Shown: positions 49,853 through 59,805, numbered from the stretch's first letter. The stretch: 64,000 nt of DNA from Candidatus Hermodarchaeota archaeon (GCA_048885525.1 JBHLLP010000008.1:1-64000); one strand, 5' to 3'. Notes: a model not told the origin generated them from the sequence alone. Translations and numbers: made by a program.

Positions 49853-50065
49853 TATTAAATAATTGAATTTCTTATTTTTTTTTCTTTTCGTCATATATAA
49901 CAACCTAGGATTTTTTAATAGAATGATGGGTGTAAAATACGGAATACCTAAAATAGCTGTCGAGATAAGTGCAGCAGATTTAATAAGACGAAATTATGAA
50001 ATTTCATCAGAAATGATCAAATTTAACAGTTAAGATTTAATAAGGAAAACTATTATTTTATCATA

Positions 50066-50251
50066 ATGAGCTTAGAAATTAGTGATGAAACCAAGAAACA
50101 AATTTTCGAATTAATATCAACTCCAGGAATTGAGATTGATGATATTATCAAAAAAGTAAACTTAGATTGCGATACTATATTGAATATTTTATCTGAGGAG
50201 TATTTAAAACATGATTTAAATCATGGCCGTAGGCTATGTTGTAGGTTTTAA
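50066..50251 (+). CDS. Small hypothetical protein, possibly helix-turn-helix
   Basis: 61-aa ORF in an intergenic gap; amphipathic helices; ends CCRF. Confidence 0.5.
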   Translation: MSLEISDETKKQIFELISTPGIEIDDIIKKVNLDCDTILNILSEEYLKHDLNHGRRLCCRF

Positions 50252-50455
50252 ATTACTTTTAAATTAATAAAACTTTTTAATTTTCTTTAATTTATTAAAA
50301 CACTAAGTTCAAAAAATATTATCCTAAAAAACTTAGGACGCTAATTAATGCGGTTTCAATATAGATTATATATTGAAATAGAAATTAAATTTATTGCGTT
50401 CTTTGATTTTAGATATTTTTTAACTATAATAGAATAAGAAAAACAGTGAGATTGA

Positions 50456-50950
50456 GTGAGTGAAAAAGGAAAAGTTGTTGTAAAAGCGTTGGTAACTGGG
50501 GGAAGTGCTAGTGGTGGCCCTCCAATTGGTCCTGCTGTTGGTCCCACAGGCATAAACATTAAAGACGTAGTAGATGAAATCAACAAGCAGACAATGGTAT
50601 TTAGGGGACTTACAGTACCTGTTAGAATTGAATGTAATCCAGAAACTAAGCAATTTGAGATTTTTATTGAAACCCCTTCTACAGCATCATTATTACTAAA
50701 GGAAGCTGGTGCTGAAAAAGGGAGTTCTGCTTGTTCAGAAACAAAAATAGGAAATTTGACACTTGATCAAGTTCAAAACGTAGTAGATGCAAAAAGAGAT
50801 AAGTTCTTAGATAAGACGTATAAGGCGGCTTTAAAAACCGTTTTAGGAACTGCTTTATCAACGGGATTAACAGTTGAAGGAGAAGATCCGAGAATAATTC
50901 AAAAAAGAATTAGTAATGGAGAATATGATGATAGAATAAGGGGTGAATAG
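50456..50950 (+). CDS. rpl11: 50S ribosomal protein uL11
   Basis: GGSASGGPPIGPAVGP, TPSTASLLLKEAG. Confidence 0.96.
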   Translation: MSEKGKVVVKALVTGGSASGGPPIGPAVGPTGINIKDVVDEINKQTMVFRGLTVPVRIECNPETKQFEIFIETPSTASLLLKEAGAEKGSSACSETKIGNLTLDQVQNVVDAKRDKFLDKTYKAALKTVLGTALSTGLTVEGEDPRIIQKRISNGEYDDRIRGE

Positions 50951-50956
50951 TAAAAC

Positions 50957-51685
50957 TTGAAAGTGGATGACAAATTATTAAAAAAGTCTTTAAATGCTGC
51001 TATAGATTTTTCTGTAATTAGAAAAAAAGGATTTAAAGATAAAGTAAGAAAATTTGATGAGTCAATTGATCTTATTATCAACATTAAAGATATTAATCTA
51101 AATGATCCTAAAAACAGGATAGATAAGGAAATCATTTTATCAAATGAAGTAATTACAACTGATAAACCTAATATTTGTGTAATTGCTTCAGATGAAATTC
51201 TACTCGAAGCGCAAAAATTGGGCTTAGAAACTCTTGATTTAGACGGTTTAATTAATTTAAATAACGAGGAGAAAAAATTTAAGAAAAAATTTGCGAAAAA
51301 GTATGACTATTTTGTTGTAGAAGATAAAATGATGAGGGATGTTGCTCGTTATTTAGCAAGATTTCTTGGACCTGTTGGTAAAATGCCAAAACCTTTCCCT
51401 ACGGGATATGGAATCATTACTAGTCCTGATGATTTAAAGGTGGCTTATGACAGATATAAAAGGGTAATTCGAATTCAAATGAAAAAGCACCCAATTATAT
51501 TCACTAAAATTGGTAAAAAATCTATGGATCAACAAAAATTATATGAAAACTTGAAAACAGTTATAAATTTTATCGCTGATCAAATGCCACATAAGTTTAA
51601 CAATTTTAAATCAATGTATCTTAAATCAACAATGGGAAAACCCATAAAAATAACAGAAGATTTTCTTAAAAGTATTGAGGCGTGA
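50957..51685 (+). CDS. rpl1: 50S ribosomal protein uL1
   Basis: RKFDESIDL, LGPVGKMPKP, KSTMGKP; conserved L11-L1-L10-L12 order. Confidence 0.95.
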   Translation: MKVDDKLLKKSLNAAIDFSVIRKKGFKDKVRKFDESIDLIINIKDINLNDPKNRIDKEIILSNEVITTDKPNICVIASDEILLEAQKLGLETLDLDGLINLNNEEKKFKKKFAKKYDYFVVEDKMMRDVARYLARFLGPVGKMPKPFPTGYGIITSPDDLKVAYDRYKRVIRIQMKKHPIIFTKIGKKSMDQQKLYENLKTVINFIADQMPHKFNNFKSMYLKSTMGKPIKITEDFLKSIEA

Positions 51686-51689
51686 AAAA

Positions 51690-52583
51690 ATGATAAAAAA
51701 CAAACACATTCCAAAATGGAAATCAGATGAGATTGATCATTTAATGGATTTATTTAAAAATTATAAGAATGTTGCGGTAATAGAAGTTGCTCATATTAAT
51801 GATACGCAATTTCAAACTATGAGGAAGATTTTAAGAGGAAAAGCGGTATTTAGAATGTCTAAAAAGTCACTTCAATTACGAGCAATACAACATTTTAAAA
51901 AGGAATCTAAGAAGGAAAATCTAGATGAATTTGCAGAGCATATACCTGGTCAATCAAGTTTAGTTTTTACAAATATAGACTTATTTGAATTAAAAAAGAT
52001 ATTTCTTGAAAATGAGTGGATGGTTCCCGCGAAACCAAATGAAATTACTCCCGTAGACATATGGGTACCTGCGGGCGATACAGGGTTACCTACAGGACAA
52101 GTTATTAGTGAATTAAATATGACTTTAAGATTACCAACGAGAATTATGAATGATACCATACATATTCGTGAAGATACAAGAACGCATAAAGCAGGTGAGT
52201 TAGTCACTGTTAAACAAGCAGCAGTTTTGAAAAAATTAGGAATTACACCCATAGAATCATTGATTAAAATTCATTTTGCTTGGCGCGATGGTGAAATAAT
52301 CCCAGTTGAAGTCTTATATATGGATATGCAAAAATTTAAACAAGATTTTGCTAGAGCTTATCAAGAAGCACTTGGAGTTTTATTCAAGATGCCCTTTTTC
52401 TTAGAAGACATGACTGAAGAATATTTTCGAAAAGCAACATCTGAAGCCAATTTAATAAATTCGATTATCTTTGGAGAGGATATTCAAGTTTCTGACAAAG
52501 TTGAGTCCAAAATTGAAGAGAAAGAAACCGAAGAGGAAGAAGAAGAGGGAGAATCAGTTGGCATTGGAGGATTATTTGGATGA
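51690..52583 (+). CDS. rpl10: 50S ribosomal protein uL10 (P0)
   Basis: IPKWK, VPAGDTG, LKKLGITP, acidic tail ending GIGGLFG. Confidence 0.95.
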   Translation: MIKNKHIPKWKSDEIDHLMDLFKNYKNVAVIEVAHINDTQFQTMRKILRGKAVFRMSKKSLQLRAIQHFKKESKKENLDEFAEHIPGQSSLVFTNIDLFELKKIFLENEWMVPAKPNEITPVDIWVPAGDTGLPTGQVISELNMTLRLPTRIMNDTIHIREDTRTHKAGELVTVKQAAVLKKLGITPIESLIKIHFAWRDGEIIPVEVLYMDMQKFKQDFARAYQEALGVLFKMPFFLEDMTEEYFRKATSEANLINSIIFGEDIQVSDKVESKIEEKETEEEEEEGESVGIGGLFG

Positions 52584-52654
52584 TTTAAAATTTTTATAAA
52601 TTCTAATTAAAAATAGAAAGATAATGTTAAATAAATAAAAAGAGGTTAGAAAAT

Positions 52655-52945
52655 ATGGAAAGTATTTACGCTGCCTTATTATTACATAAAGCAGAAAAAA
52701 AAATAAACGAAGCAAATTTAGAAAAAGTTTTGAGCGCAGCAGGGGCGAAGGTTGATAAAAATGAAATAGCCAAGCTTATTGCTGGATTGAAGGAAACAAA
52801 TATTGAAGAAATAATAAAGTCAGCTGGTGCAGTATCAATAGCAGCAGCTCCAACTAGAGATGTTATTAAGGAGACTGAAGATAAAGCGAAGAAAAAAGAA
52901 GAGAAAGAAGAAGAAGAACCTACGGGTATTGGTTCACTCTTTTAA
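52655..52945 (+). CDS. rpl12: Ribosomal stalk protein P1/aL12
   Basis: IYAALLLH, acidic tail ending GIGSLF. Confidence 0.95.
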   Translation: MESIYAALLLHKAEKKINEANLEKVLSAAGAKVDKNEIAKLIAGLKETNIEEIIKSAGAVSIAAAPTRDVIKETEDKAKKKEEKEEEEPTGIGSLF

Positions 52946-53221
52946 CCCAGCAACTGAATTAGAACGACGGATTAATTTCAAAAAACTGTTTGTAAATTTG
53001 AACCAGATATAATGAATCATTAATTTAAAGATAAAATTTCAATGTTTATTATTTAATATTTTACTATTGTGCTAAGATGTTGTTAAAAACGTTAAATTTG
53101 AATCATAAACTTTTTTTAAAATTCATTTTTTTTTATATTACATTTTAAATTAAAGATTTTAATTTAAATAATTTAAAAATTTTTCTCAAAATACGAAAAA
53201 AACTCACGCGGTTGATTAGAT

Positions 53222-54700
53222 ATGGCTGGAAAGTTCCTAAGATTCTTCTCACCATTCGTAAAGGCGATGCCAGAAATCAAACAACCGCAGCGTGAAGTTA
53301 CATTTAAAGAAAAATTTATTTGGACTGCTCTTGTTCTCATCATTTACTTGATATTAAGTAATATTCCTTTATATGGAGTAGAACTAGAAGAATCAACTGA
53401 TTATTTTTATTGGTTACGAGTCATTTTAGCAAGTCAAAGGGGAACGCTGACAGAATTGGGCATCGGTCCAATAGTCACGTCTGGTCTTATTATGCAATTA
53501 CTTTTAGGCTCTCGGATAATTAATGTGAATATGTCTGATCCATATGATAGAGCTATGTTTAGTGGAGCGCAAAAAGTACTTGCAGTGTTTTTAACAATCT
53601 TTAACGCTGCAGCATATATCCTGGGAGGTGCATTTGGGGCATTATCTGAAATTGGTGCTTTTGGAGCAGTTTTTATTTTTATTCAATTACTATTCGCCGG
53701 AATAATTATAATATTATTAGATGAATTACTACAAAAAGGATGGGGTCTTGGGAGTGGAGTCTCCTTATTTATAGCAGCGGGTGTTGCGGGCCAAATTTTT
53801 TGGAATGCTTTCAGTTTCGTCCCTGCTCCTGATGGTGTTTCGAGAGGTATTGTCATAGCTTTCTTTTCTGTGATATTTGATGGAGACGCTAGCACAAATC
53901 TAGATATGCTTTTATTACGTGGCGCCTATCCCTCATTAATAGGAATAATTACTACAATTGTTATATTTTTGATGGTGATTTGGTTTGAATCTACCCGAGT
54001 TGAGATCCCGCTTGCATATCGTGGTTATCGAGGATTTAAAGGAAAATATCCTATGAAATTACTCTATGTCTCCAATATTCCGGTAATTTTGGTTAATGCA
54101 TTATATGCTAATGTTTTATTCTTTGGACAACTTTTCGCTGGACCTTATTCAGGAGTACGAGCGAGTAATGGAGGACTTATTCAGGATTTTTGGGTCGATT
54201 TAATAGGAAGATTTCGTATTGAAGAAGGGACTGGTCCTGTTGCAGGAAACCAACTCGTACCAACATATGGCTTAATTTATTTACTTACTCCACCGTTGGG
54301 AATTGATCAAGTAGCCTCAGATCCGTTCCGAGCAGTTTTTTATCTGTTAGTATTTGTCTTTCTTTGTATAATGCTCGGTCGTGTTTGGGTTGAAGTTTCA
54401 GGTCTCGCTCCACGGGACATTGCGAATCAGATAATAGATTCAAAAATGCAAGTTCCTGGATTCAGAAGTTCATCAAAAATTATTGAGAGAATTTTGAAAC
54501 GATATATACCAACGTTAGTGATATTGAACGGAATCATTATAGCACTGCTGAGTTTCACAGCAGATACTCTAAGAGCATTAACTTCAGGTACAGGGCTTCT
54601 AATATCAATAGGAATAATTCATAATTATGCCGAGACAATATCGAAAGAGCTCGCGGCGAGTCAATATCCTGGCATGAGAGCAATGCTTGGAATGGATTAG
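53222..54700 (+). CDS. secY: Preprotein translocase SecY/Sec61-alpha
   Basis: ELGIGPIVT, LDELLQKGWGLGSGVSLFIA, KLLYVSNIP, PGFR, GTGLLI. Confidence 0.96.
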   Translation: MAGKFLRFFSPFVKAMPEIKQPQREVTFKEKFIWTALVLIIYLILSNIPLYGVELEESTDYFYWLRVILASQRGTLTELGIGPIVTSGLIMQLLLGSRIINVNMSDPYDRAMFSGAQKVLAVFLTIFNAAAYILGGAFGALSEIGAFGAVFIFIQLLFAGIIIILLDELLQKGWGLGSGVSLFIAAGVAGQIFWNAFSFVPAPDGVSRGIVIAFFSVIFDGDASTNLDMLLLRGAYPSLIGIITTIVIFLMVIWFESTRVEIPLAYRGYRGFKGKYPMKLLYVSNIPVILVNALYANVLFFGQLFAGPYSGVRASNGGLIQDFWVDLIGRFRIEEGTGPVAGNQLVPTYGLIYLLTPPLGIDQVASDPFRAVFYLLVFVFLCIMLGRVWVEVSGLAPRDIANQIIDSKMQVPGFRSSSKIIERILKRYIPTLVILNGIIIALLSFTADTLRALTSGTGLLISIGIIHNYAETISKELAASQYPGMRAMLGMD

Positions 54701-54859
54701 TTAAGATAATTTCTTTTAGAAATGGTAATACTGCCAATTTTATGAATTTGTGTCAAAAATGTTAATTATTATTGGTATCTTTAAAACTTATAGAAATATT
54801 TTATAAAAAAAACCTTATCTGAAAACTTTATTACAATTTCACTATAATTAAATATTGAT

Positions 54860-55462
54860 ATGTTCGCTATAATATATCAAAATGCATTTTTGGATTTAAT
54901 TACTACTCCTCCCGGGTCAATGATATTCGTTTTACTGTTATCTTTAACAACAGCATTGATAAGTACTCTATTGACAAAGTGGTTGGTAGACACTGAAGAA
55001 ATAAACCGTAAACAGACGCAAACCAAAATTCATGAAGAAGAAAAACAGAAGATCATTGAATTGGCTGAAATTGACCCCGAACGTTATAGAAAAGCTCGAA
55101 AAAGATGGGAACGCAAAGATGCTATGATAAAAAAGTCTCAACAGAGGATGGCACTTCAAAGGATGAAACCAACATGTATAACCTTTATTCCGATGATTAT
55201 TATTTTTGGTGTTGTAAATACATTGTTTAGAGGGGCTCCAGTTGCACTCAGTCCTATGCATGCTAATGATATTCCTTTGATAGGTAATTTTATCAGTGCT
55301 GGTAATGTTTGGATAAATTTTACAGCATGGTATTTTTTATGTTCCTTAGGAATTAATACACTCACACAAAGATTGCTGAAACTTCAGTCACAAGCTTCAG
55401 GGGGCATGGGAGGAATGTTCGCAGGCCAAAAGGCAAAAGCTTTAGAGTTTCCAGATGTTTAA
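54860..55462 (+). CDS. DUF106/EMC3-TMCO1 (Oxa1 superfamily) membrane insertase
   Basis: TM - coiled coil - MKPTCITFIP - WYFLCS; follows secY. Confidence 0.85.
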   Translation: MFAIIYQNAFLDLITTPPGSMIFVLLLSLTTALISTLLTKWLVDTEEINRKQTQTKIHEEEKQKIIELAEIDPERYRKARKRWERKDAMIKKSQQRMALQRMKPTCITFIPMIIIFGVVNTLFRGAPVALSPMHANDIPLIGNFISAGNVWINFTAWYFLCSLGINTLTQRLLKLQSQASGGMGGMFAGQKAKALEFPDV

Positions 55463-55466
55463 AAAG

Positions 55467-55566
55467 CGCAGCTGATGGGATTTGAACCCATGAGTGCATT
55501 GCACACTGGCTTTCTGGGATAAATTCCGCTCCAAGCCAGCGCCGTACCAGGCTAGGCTACAGCTGC
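55467..55566 (-). tRNA. tRNA-Ser(GGA) with a 17-nt intron at 37/38 (55512-55528)
   Basis: Acceptor GCAGCTG/CAGCTGC with G73, anticodon stem CTGGC/GCCAG, long variable arm GTGCA-A-TGCAC, T arm ATGGG-TTCAAAT-CCCAT, BHB central helix UUGG/CCAG. Confidence 0.92.
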
Positions 55567-55619
55567 TAAAAAAATTTTTATTTATTTTTGAATTTATTAT
55601 AACTCACTACTTTTTTAAA

Positions 55620-55892
55620 CTATTTTATTGGGATAGAAACAATTTCTTTCATTTTCTTTTCTAATTTTGCTTTTTTAATCGCTGCTTCTATTTCCTCATG
55701 CGAAGCTCCTTTTTTAATTTCTACAATTTCCTTGATTGGTTCGATGTGTTTATAGTTTACTCTTCTTCTTCGGACTTTTAATCCATCAATAAGAAGGTAA
55801 TTTTTATCGATAATATCAACAACTACACAGTGATATCCCGCTTCTCTTCCCATAGTCTTTACGCATAATCTTCCAATATCATATACACTCAT
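55620..55892 (-). CDS. rpl14e: 50S ribosomal protein eL14
   Basis: IGRLCVKTMGREAG, VVDIIDKNY, RRRVNYKHIEP. Start taken at MSVYD. Confidence 0.93.
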   Translation of the reverse strand: MSVYDIGRLCVKTMGREAGYHCVVVDIIDKNYLLIDGLKVRRRRVNYKHIEPIKEIVEIKKGASHEEIEAAIKKAKLEKKMKEIVSIPIK

Positions 55893-56032
55893 ATAATTTG
55901 TCACCAAATTACTTTTAGATACCAATTAATTACTGGCAATGATAATTATCCAGTAAACATAAATAATTTTTAGTAATTTTAAAAATAATTACAAAAATAA
56001 AATTTTTATGTTTTTCAAAACATAAAAGTGAA

Positions 56033-56566
56033 TTATAACTTTTCTAAGGTATTAAGAATTTTTTCTGCGATTTCCTCAACTGTAAGGTTTTCTGTATTTA
56101 TTATAAGGTCATATATAATATTTAAATTCTTTTGATCACTCAAATCAAAACCATAAAGATTTTTAAATCGTTCTAATTCTGATTTTTCTCTCAATTTAGT
56201 CTCTTTTAACTTTTTTTCATAATTAGTATTATCTCTTTCAGCCATCCGTTTAACTCTGATTTCGAGAGGGCATAATAATAAGATTTTAAAATTGGCTTTA
56301 GATTTTAGAAGATATCCACTTAATTGGCCATCAATAATTACATTTCCTCTTTGAGCAATTTCATTTATTTTATCATCTAGTTTTCTATCAATATTTGGAT
56401 TTTTTTCTACATACTTAGTAAATTCTTCTAAAGTCATATTCATTTCTTTTGCTAGATCTCTAAAAGCTTGACCCGTACTATAGAATTGGATGCCTAAGTT
56501 TTCAGCAATTAATTTTCCTATTGTAGATTTTCCAGTTCCATGCAGTCCTGAAATGGTTATAATCAT
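56033..56566 (-). CDS. cmk: Cytidylate kinase (archaeal type)
   Basis: ITISGLHGTGKST, GQAFR, RMAERD, YDLIINT; conserved L34e-cmk-L14e order. Confidence 0.9.
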   Translation of the reverse strand: MIITISGLHGTGKSTIGKLIAENLGIQFYSTGQAFRDLAKEMNMTLEEFTKYVEKNPNIDRKLDDKINEIAQRGNVIIDGQLSGYLLKSKANFKILLLCPLEIRVKRMAERDNTNYEKKLKETKLREKSELERFKNLYGFDLSDQKNLNIIYDLIINTENLTVEEIAEKILNTLEKL

Positions 56567-56669
56567 TTTTTTGGATATTTTAAATTTTAATATTTATTCA
56601 ACTAAAAAATATAATATTTATGATTTTTACTATTAAATCAAAATGATTATGAAAAAAATAAGAGTTTTG

Positions 56670-56939
56670 CTATTCTCTCCAAACAGCTTCTTTTATTAAA
56701 GTTTGAAGACAATTTGCGCAATATCTTCCACTTTCCAATCTATTCGCCCTTCTTGAAGTCATTTGCGTTTTAACCATTTTTGAAGGTCGTAATCTAGGAA
56801 TAGATTGAATTGGTCTTTTACAAATCGCACAATTTGCTCTTTTGGGTTTTCTTCTCCAATAATGAGTGACATTTCGGTTTCCTGGTGTGTTTAATTTTTT
56901 CCTTGCTTGAGCTTTGGATCTTAATCCGGGACGTGTAAT
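56670..56939 (-). CDS. rpl34e: 50S ribosomal protein eL34, apparent ATT start (absent from the ORF track)
   Basis: Translates (M)TRPGLRSKAQARKKLNTPGNRNVTHYWRRKPKRANCAICKRPIQSIPRLRPSKMVKTQMTSRRANRLESGRYCANCLQTLIKEAVWRE; lies upstream of cmk. Confidence 0.92.
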   Translation of the reverse strand: MTRPGLRSKAQARKKLNTPGNRNVTHYWRRKPKRANCAICKRPIQSIPRLRPSKMVKTQMTSRRANRLESGRYCANCLQTLIKEAVWRE

Positions 56940-57027
56940 TGCGATTACCTTTTGTATTTTTCAAATTACTAATTAAATTATATGATGTTAAATAACAGAA
57001 AAAATATTAATTTTATCATTTCAATTA

Positions 57028-57648
57028 TTATTTAAGATTTAACCTATGTTGAAATTCTTTAAATATTTGGTATAAATCATCTATTAATTTTTCTTTTAAT
57101 TTAGTATTAGATGTAAGTTCATCAATTTGATTTATAATATTTTTTTGTATTAACCTAACCTTTTCTAACAAATTATCTAATCCGGGAAATTTACTTAAGT
57201 TGTGTATCAATTCATCAAATAAATTAAAAATCAAGTCTTTTTTTATTAAACCCTCTAAAGTTAATGCGTCCATAATAGTTATAAAAGAGGAGGTTATTTC
57301 AGAGGTAATACCCGGTAATTCTAAGAAAGTATGATTTTTTTTGGTGATATTTTTATCAGATAAGTTTAATGTAGAAACTCTGTTTATGAGATCTAATGCT
57401 GAGTTATATTCTTGTGATAGATTCATTGTTTTTAAGAGATCGGGTAGAGGAATTTTTTTTTCTTTTAATATAAAATTTAACTTTAAAAGATTGTTCATCG
57501 CATTTTTTAAAGCCTTTCTGAAAAAATTATCATTTACTATCCCTTTTTGATACTTATTATTCAAATTTGTTATTGATTTAACTAAAGCAAATAGTTCAGA
57601 TTCAATATTGAATTCTATATCTGAGGTGTTATTATTATTCTCTACCAT
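57028..57648 (-). CDS. Vps28-like ESCRT-I subunit (start re-called at ATG 57648)
   Basis: SELFALVKSITNLNNKY resembles the Vps28 N-domain; SEITSSFITIMDAL and DDLYQIFKEFQHRL resemble the Vps28 C-terminal four-helix bundle. Confidence 0.78.
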   Translation of the reverse strand: MVENNNNTSDIEFNIESELFALVKSITNLNNKYQKGIVNDNFFRKALKNAMNNLLKLNFILKEKKIPLPDLLKTMNLSQEYNSALDLINRVSTLNLSDKNITKKNHTFLELPGITSEITSSFITIMDALTLEGLIKKDLIFNLFDELIHNLSKFPGLDNLLEKVRLIQKNIINQIDELTSNTKLKEKLIDDLYQIFKEFQHRLNLK

Positions 57649-57712
57649 TTTAAATTTAAATATGTAAAAAAATACAATTTTTATATAACATTCGGAGTAA
57701 AAATTAATAAAT

Positions 57713-58615
57713 CTAACCAAATAATGATGGGCGTAAAAAATAGAATATAATCGCAACTATTATTCCAATAATTATTGTAGGGATTAATACTCGTGTGGTA
57801 GAAGAATTACTTAATTCTCTTATAGCGAGGGTCATCAAAATAGGGACCCATGATGCAATAGCTATTGCATCAATGATATCTAATGCTGCCCAAGTTCTCG
57901 CATTGAATAATTGATCAATATTAACAGCATCTACAGTTGGAAATCCAACAAGTATAATTAAAATCTTGATAGCATTTAATAATAAGAAAGGTGTGAATGC
58001 ACATAACATCATTTTAAATTTGTATGAGCCTTCTAGTTGTAACATCGTGCCACCTTTATAAATACTAAATGGGCTTATTTCTGTTTCTTTAAATTTTTCT
58101 TTTTGTTCTTTTACTCCTCCAAAACGTTTTTCTAGTTTATCTGTGAATCCTACTGCATAATTAGCACCTTTAGTAAATAACCATATTAGAATTCCAAAAA
58201 ATATAGTTTGAAAACAAAATCCGAATATAAAAAATGCTCCAAAAAAACTAAAACCATATAAAAAATGAAGAAGTGATAAGGGTGGAGCACCAGCAAATTC
58301 AAAATGAGAAAAGAAGGCTAAACCCATTAGTCCATATAATAATGAAGAAAATAATAAAATTAGCCATCCAGGTGCTTTACTTCTTTTATGGTTAATATCA
58401 AAAAAAGCCTTCGGAGGGTTCACGAAAAGATAAAGAATCTTCAAATACAATGGGTATGGAGTTGTCCATTCTGCTTCATATCTCCTAAAAAATCTAATAT
58501 TTTCAATCTTCTCGGTTTTTAATCTAATACCACAAAAATTGCATGCAAAACTATCAGCACTATTTTCATTTCCACACCTAGGACAACGTTGAAACGCTGC
58601 AACTGTCTGAGACAT
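57713..58615 (-). CDS. Zinc-ribbon plus Yip1-like multi-TM protein
   Basis: CPRC...CNFC, then LFVNPPKAFFDI and about five TM helices. Confidence 0.7.
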   Translation of the reverse strand: MSQTVAAFQRCPRCGNENSADSFACNFCGIRLKTEKIENIRFFRRYEAEWTTPYPLYLKILYLFVNPPKAFFDINHKRSKAPGWLILLFSSLLYGLMGLAFFSHFEFAGAPPLSLLHFLYGFSFFGAFFIFGFCFQTIFFGILIWLFTKGANYAVGFTDKLEKRFGGVKEQKEKFKETEISPFSIYKGGTMLQLEGSYKFKMMLCAFTPFLLLNAIKILIILVGFPTVDAVNIDQLFNARTWAALDIIDAIAIASWVPILMTLAIRELSNSSTTRVLIPTIIIGIIVAIIFYFLRPSLFG

Positions 58616-58737
58616 TTTTACAAGTAAGGTTTATTAATTTCTATAATAATCATATAATAAAATAATCTTATAAAAATTTCTTCAATTTTTAATCTTCTCG
58701 TAGTATTACCTATCTTTAAATATCAGTTTTTATCTAA

Positions 58738-59799
58738 TTATTGGAATTCTATAATAAAATGGTTATCTTCTTTTATAATTTTATATTTCCTTCTTAAGAA
58801 AAATTTAATTAGTTCTAGATTAGTTTGCGTATGACTTGTAACTTTGAGTACTTTTATTCTTGAGGCTTCCTTAACAAAACCCATAAAAGCTATTAATTGG
58901 TCACTTAGATAATTGTCTATGGGAATTTCTTTTTTAATGTATTTAATTAGTTCATTCGCAGCGATTCTACCGAGATCTTCCGAAATAATCTTCCGTTCAC
59001 CGAGAATGGTTCCAGATGAAATTATAGCACCTGTATCAGTATTCGCCCAAAGATGAAGACCTACTCCGGGACTTAATGAATCTACATAATTATTATTAAT
59101 CTTGACATCTATTTTAAGTTCTTTTTTCAATTGTTGTTGAATAGATTTTTTTATTCTTTCACCAACTTCTTTTTTTTTTAATTGATAAGTAGTAATTATT
59201 TCACCTTGAACTAAGTCAATATTTCCTAATTCAGTTAAATTTATAGGTTTAATATTGTTTTTAGAAGGATAAAGAGTACATTTTACAAGAGCGCCTCCTT
59301 TAGGGTAAAAACCATGTTTTTGTATATCAATATCAATTTTAAAACCATGAGTTCTAAAAATCTTATAAGTTACTTCTTTAAGATAATTAAGGCTCGGAGC
59401 ATATTTGCCAAAAGTTCCCCCTCCATTTACAAAAATCTCAATCTTTTCTGGGTTATTGAATCCTAAACATGCAATTTGAATTGGTTGGAGTAATAATCCT
59501 ATATTTCCAGCAGTCCCAACCTCAACCGTGATTTTGCTTTTTATTAATTGATTAGGATATAATGTAATCTCATTAGTTCCAACAATACAATCTGATAATG
59601 TACTATTTGTTAATTCTGATAAGGTTTTTAATCCTAGTAAATGTTGTAACCTTAATCCTGGTTTAGATCTATTAGCCCTTATATTTTTTATTCGAATTGG
59701 GCGCTGGAATAATATTGAAAATCCTGCTGCTATTCGAACAATTGAGCCTCCACCTTCTCCAAAGGAACCATCAATTTCTAAATGTTGATCTAATGGCAT
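58738..59799 (-). CDS. rtcA: RNA 3'-terminal phosphate cyclase
   Basis: IDGSFGEGGG, IRANRSKPGLRLQH, GFYPKGG, DQL, SHTQTN. Confidence 0.92.
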   Translation of the reverse strand: MPLDQHLEIDGSFGEGGGSIVRIAAGFSILFQRPIRIKNIRANRSKPGLRLQHLLGLKTLSELTNSTLSDCIVGTNEITLYPNQLIKSKITVEVGTAGNIGLLLQPIQIACLGFNNPEKIEIFVNGGGTFGKYAPSLNYLKEVTYKIFRTHGFKIDIDIQKHGFYPKGGALVKCTLYPSKNNIKPINLTELGNIDLVQGEIITTYQLKKKEVGERIKKSIQQQLKKELKIDVKINNNYVDSLSPGVGLHLWANTDTGAIISSGTILGERKIISEDLGRIAANELIKYIKKEIPIDNYLSDQLIAFMGFVKEASRIKVLKVTSHTQTNLELIKFFLRRKYKIIKEDNHFIIEFQ

Positions 59800-59805
59800 A
59801 GAGTA

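Noticed and set aside
52946-53221. Structured ncRNA between rpl12 and secY
   Set aside because: AT-rich, with no convincing stems or recognisable SRP, RNase P or sRNA box motifs.
815-57550. Short antisense or nested ORFs in the track (e.g. 2775-3077, 17969-18337, 18344-18658, 40953-41411, 42413-42757, 43030-43386, 48770-49207, 51950-52252)
   Set aside because: They are shadows of well-supported genes, with no motifs of their own.
57649-57756. N-terminal extension of the Vps28-like ORF
   Set aside because: It overlaps the Yip1-like gene and AT-rich intergenic DNA; ATG 57648 fits better.
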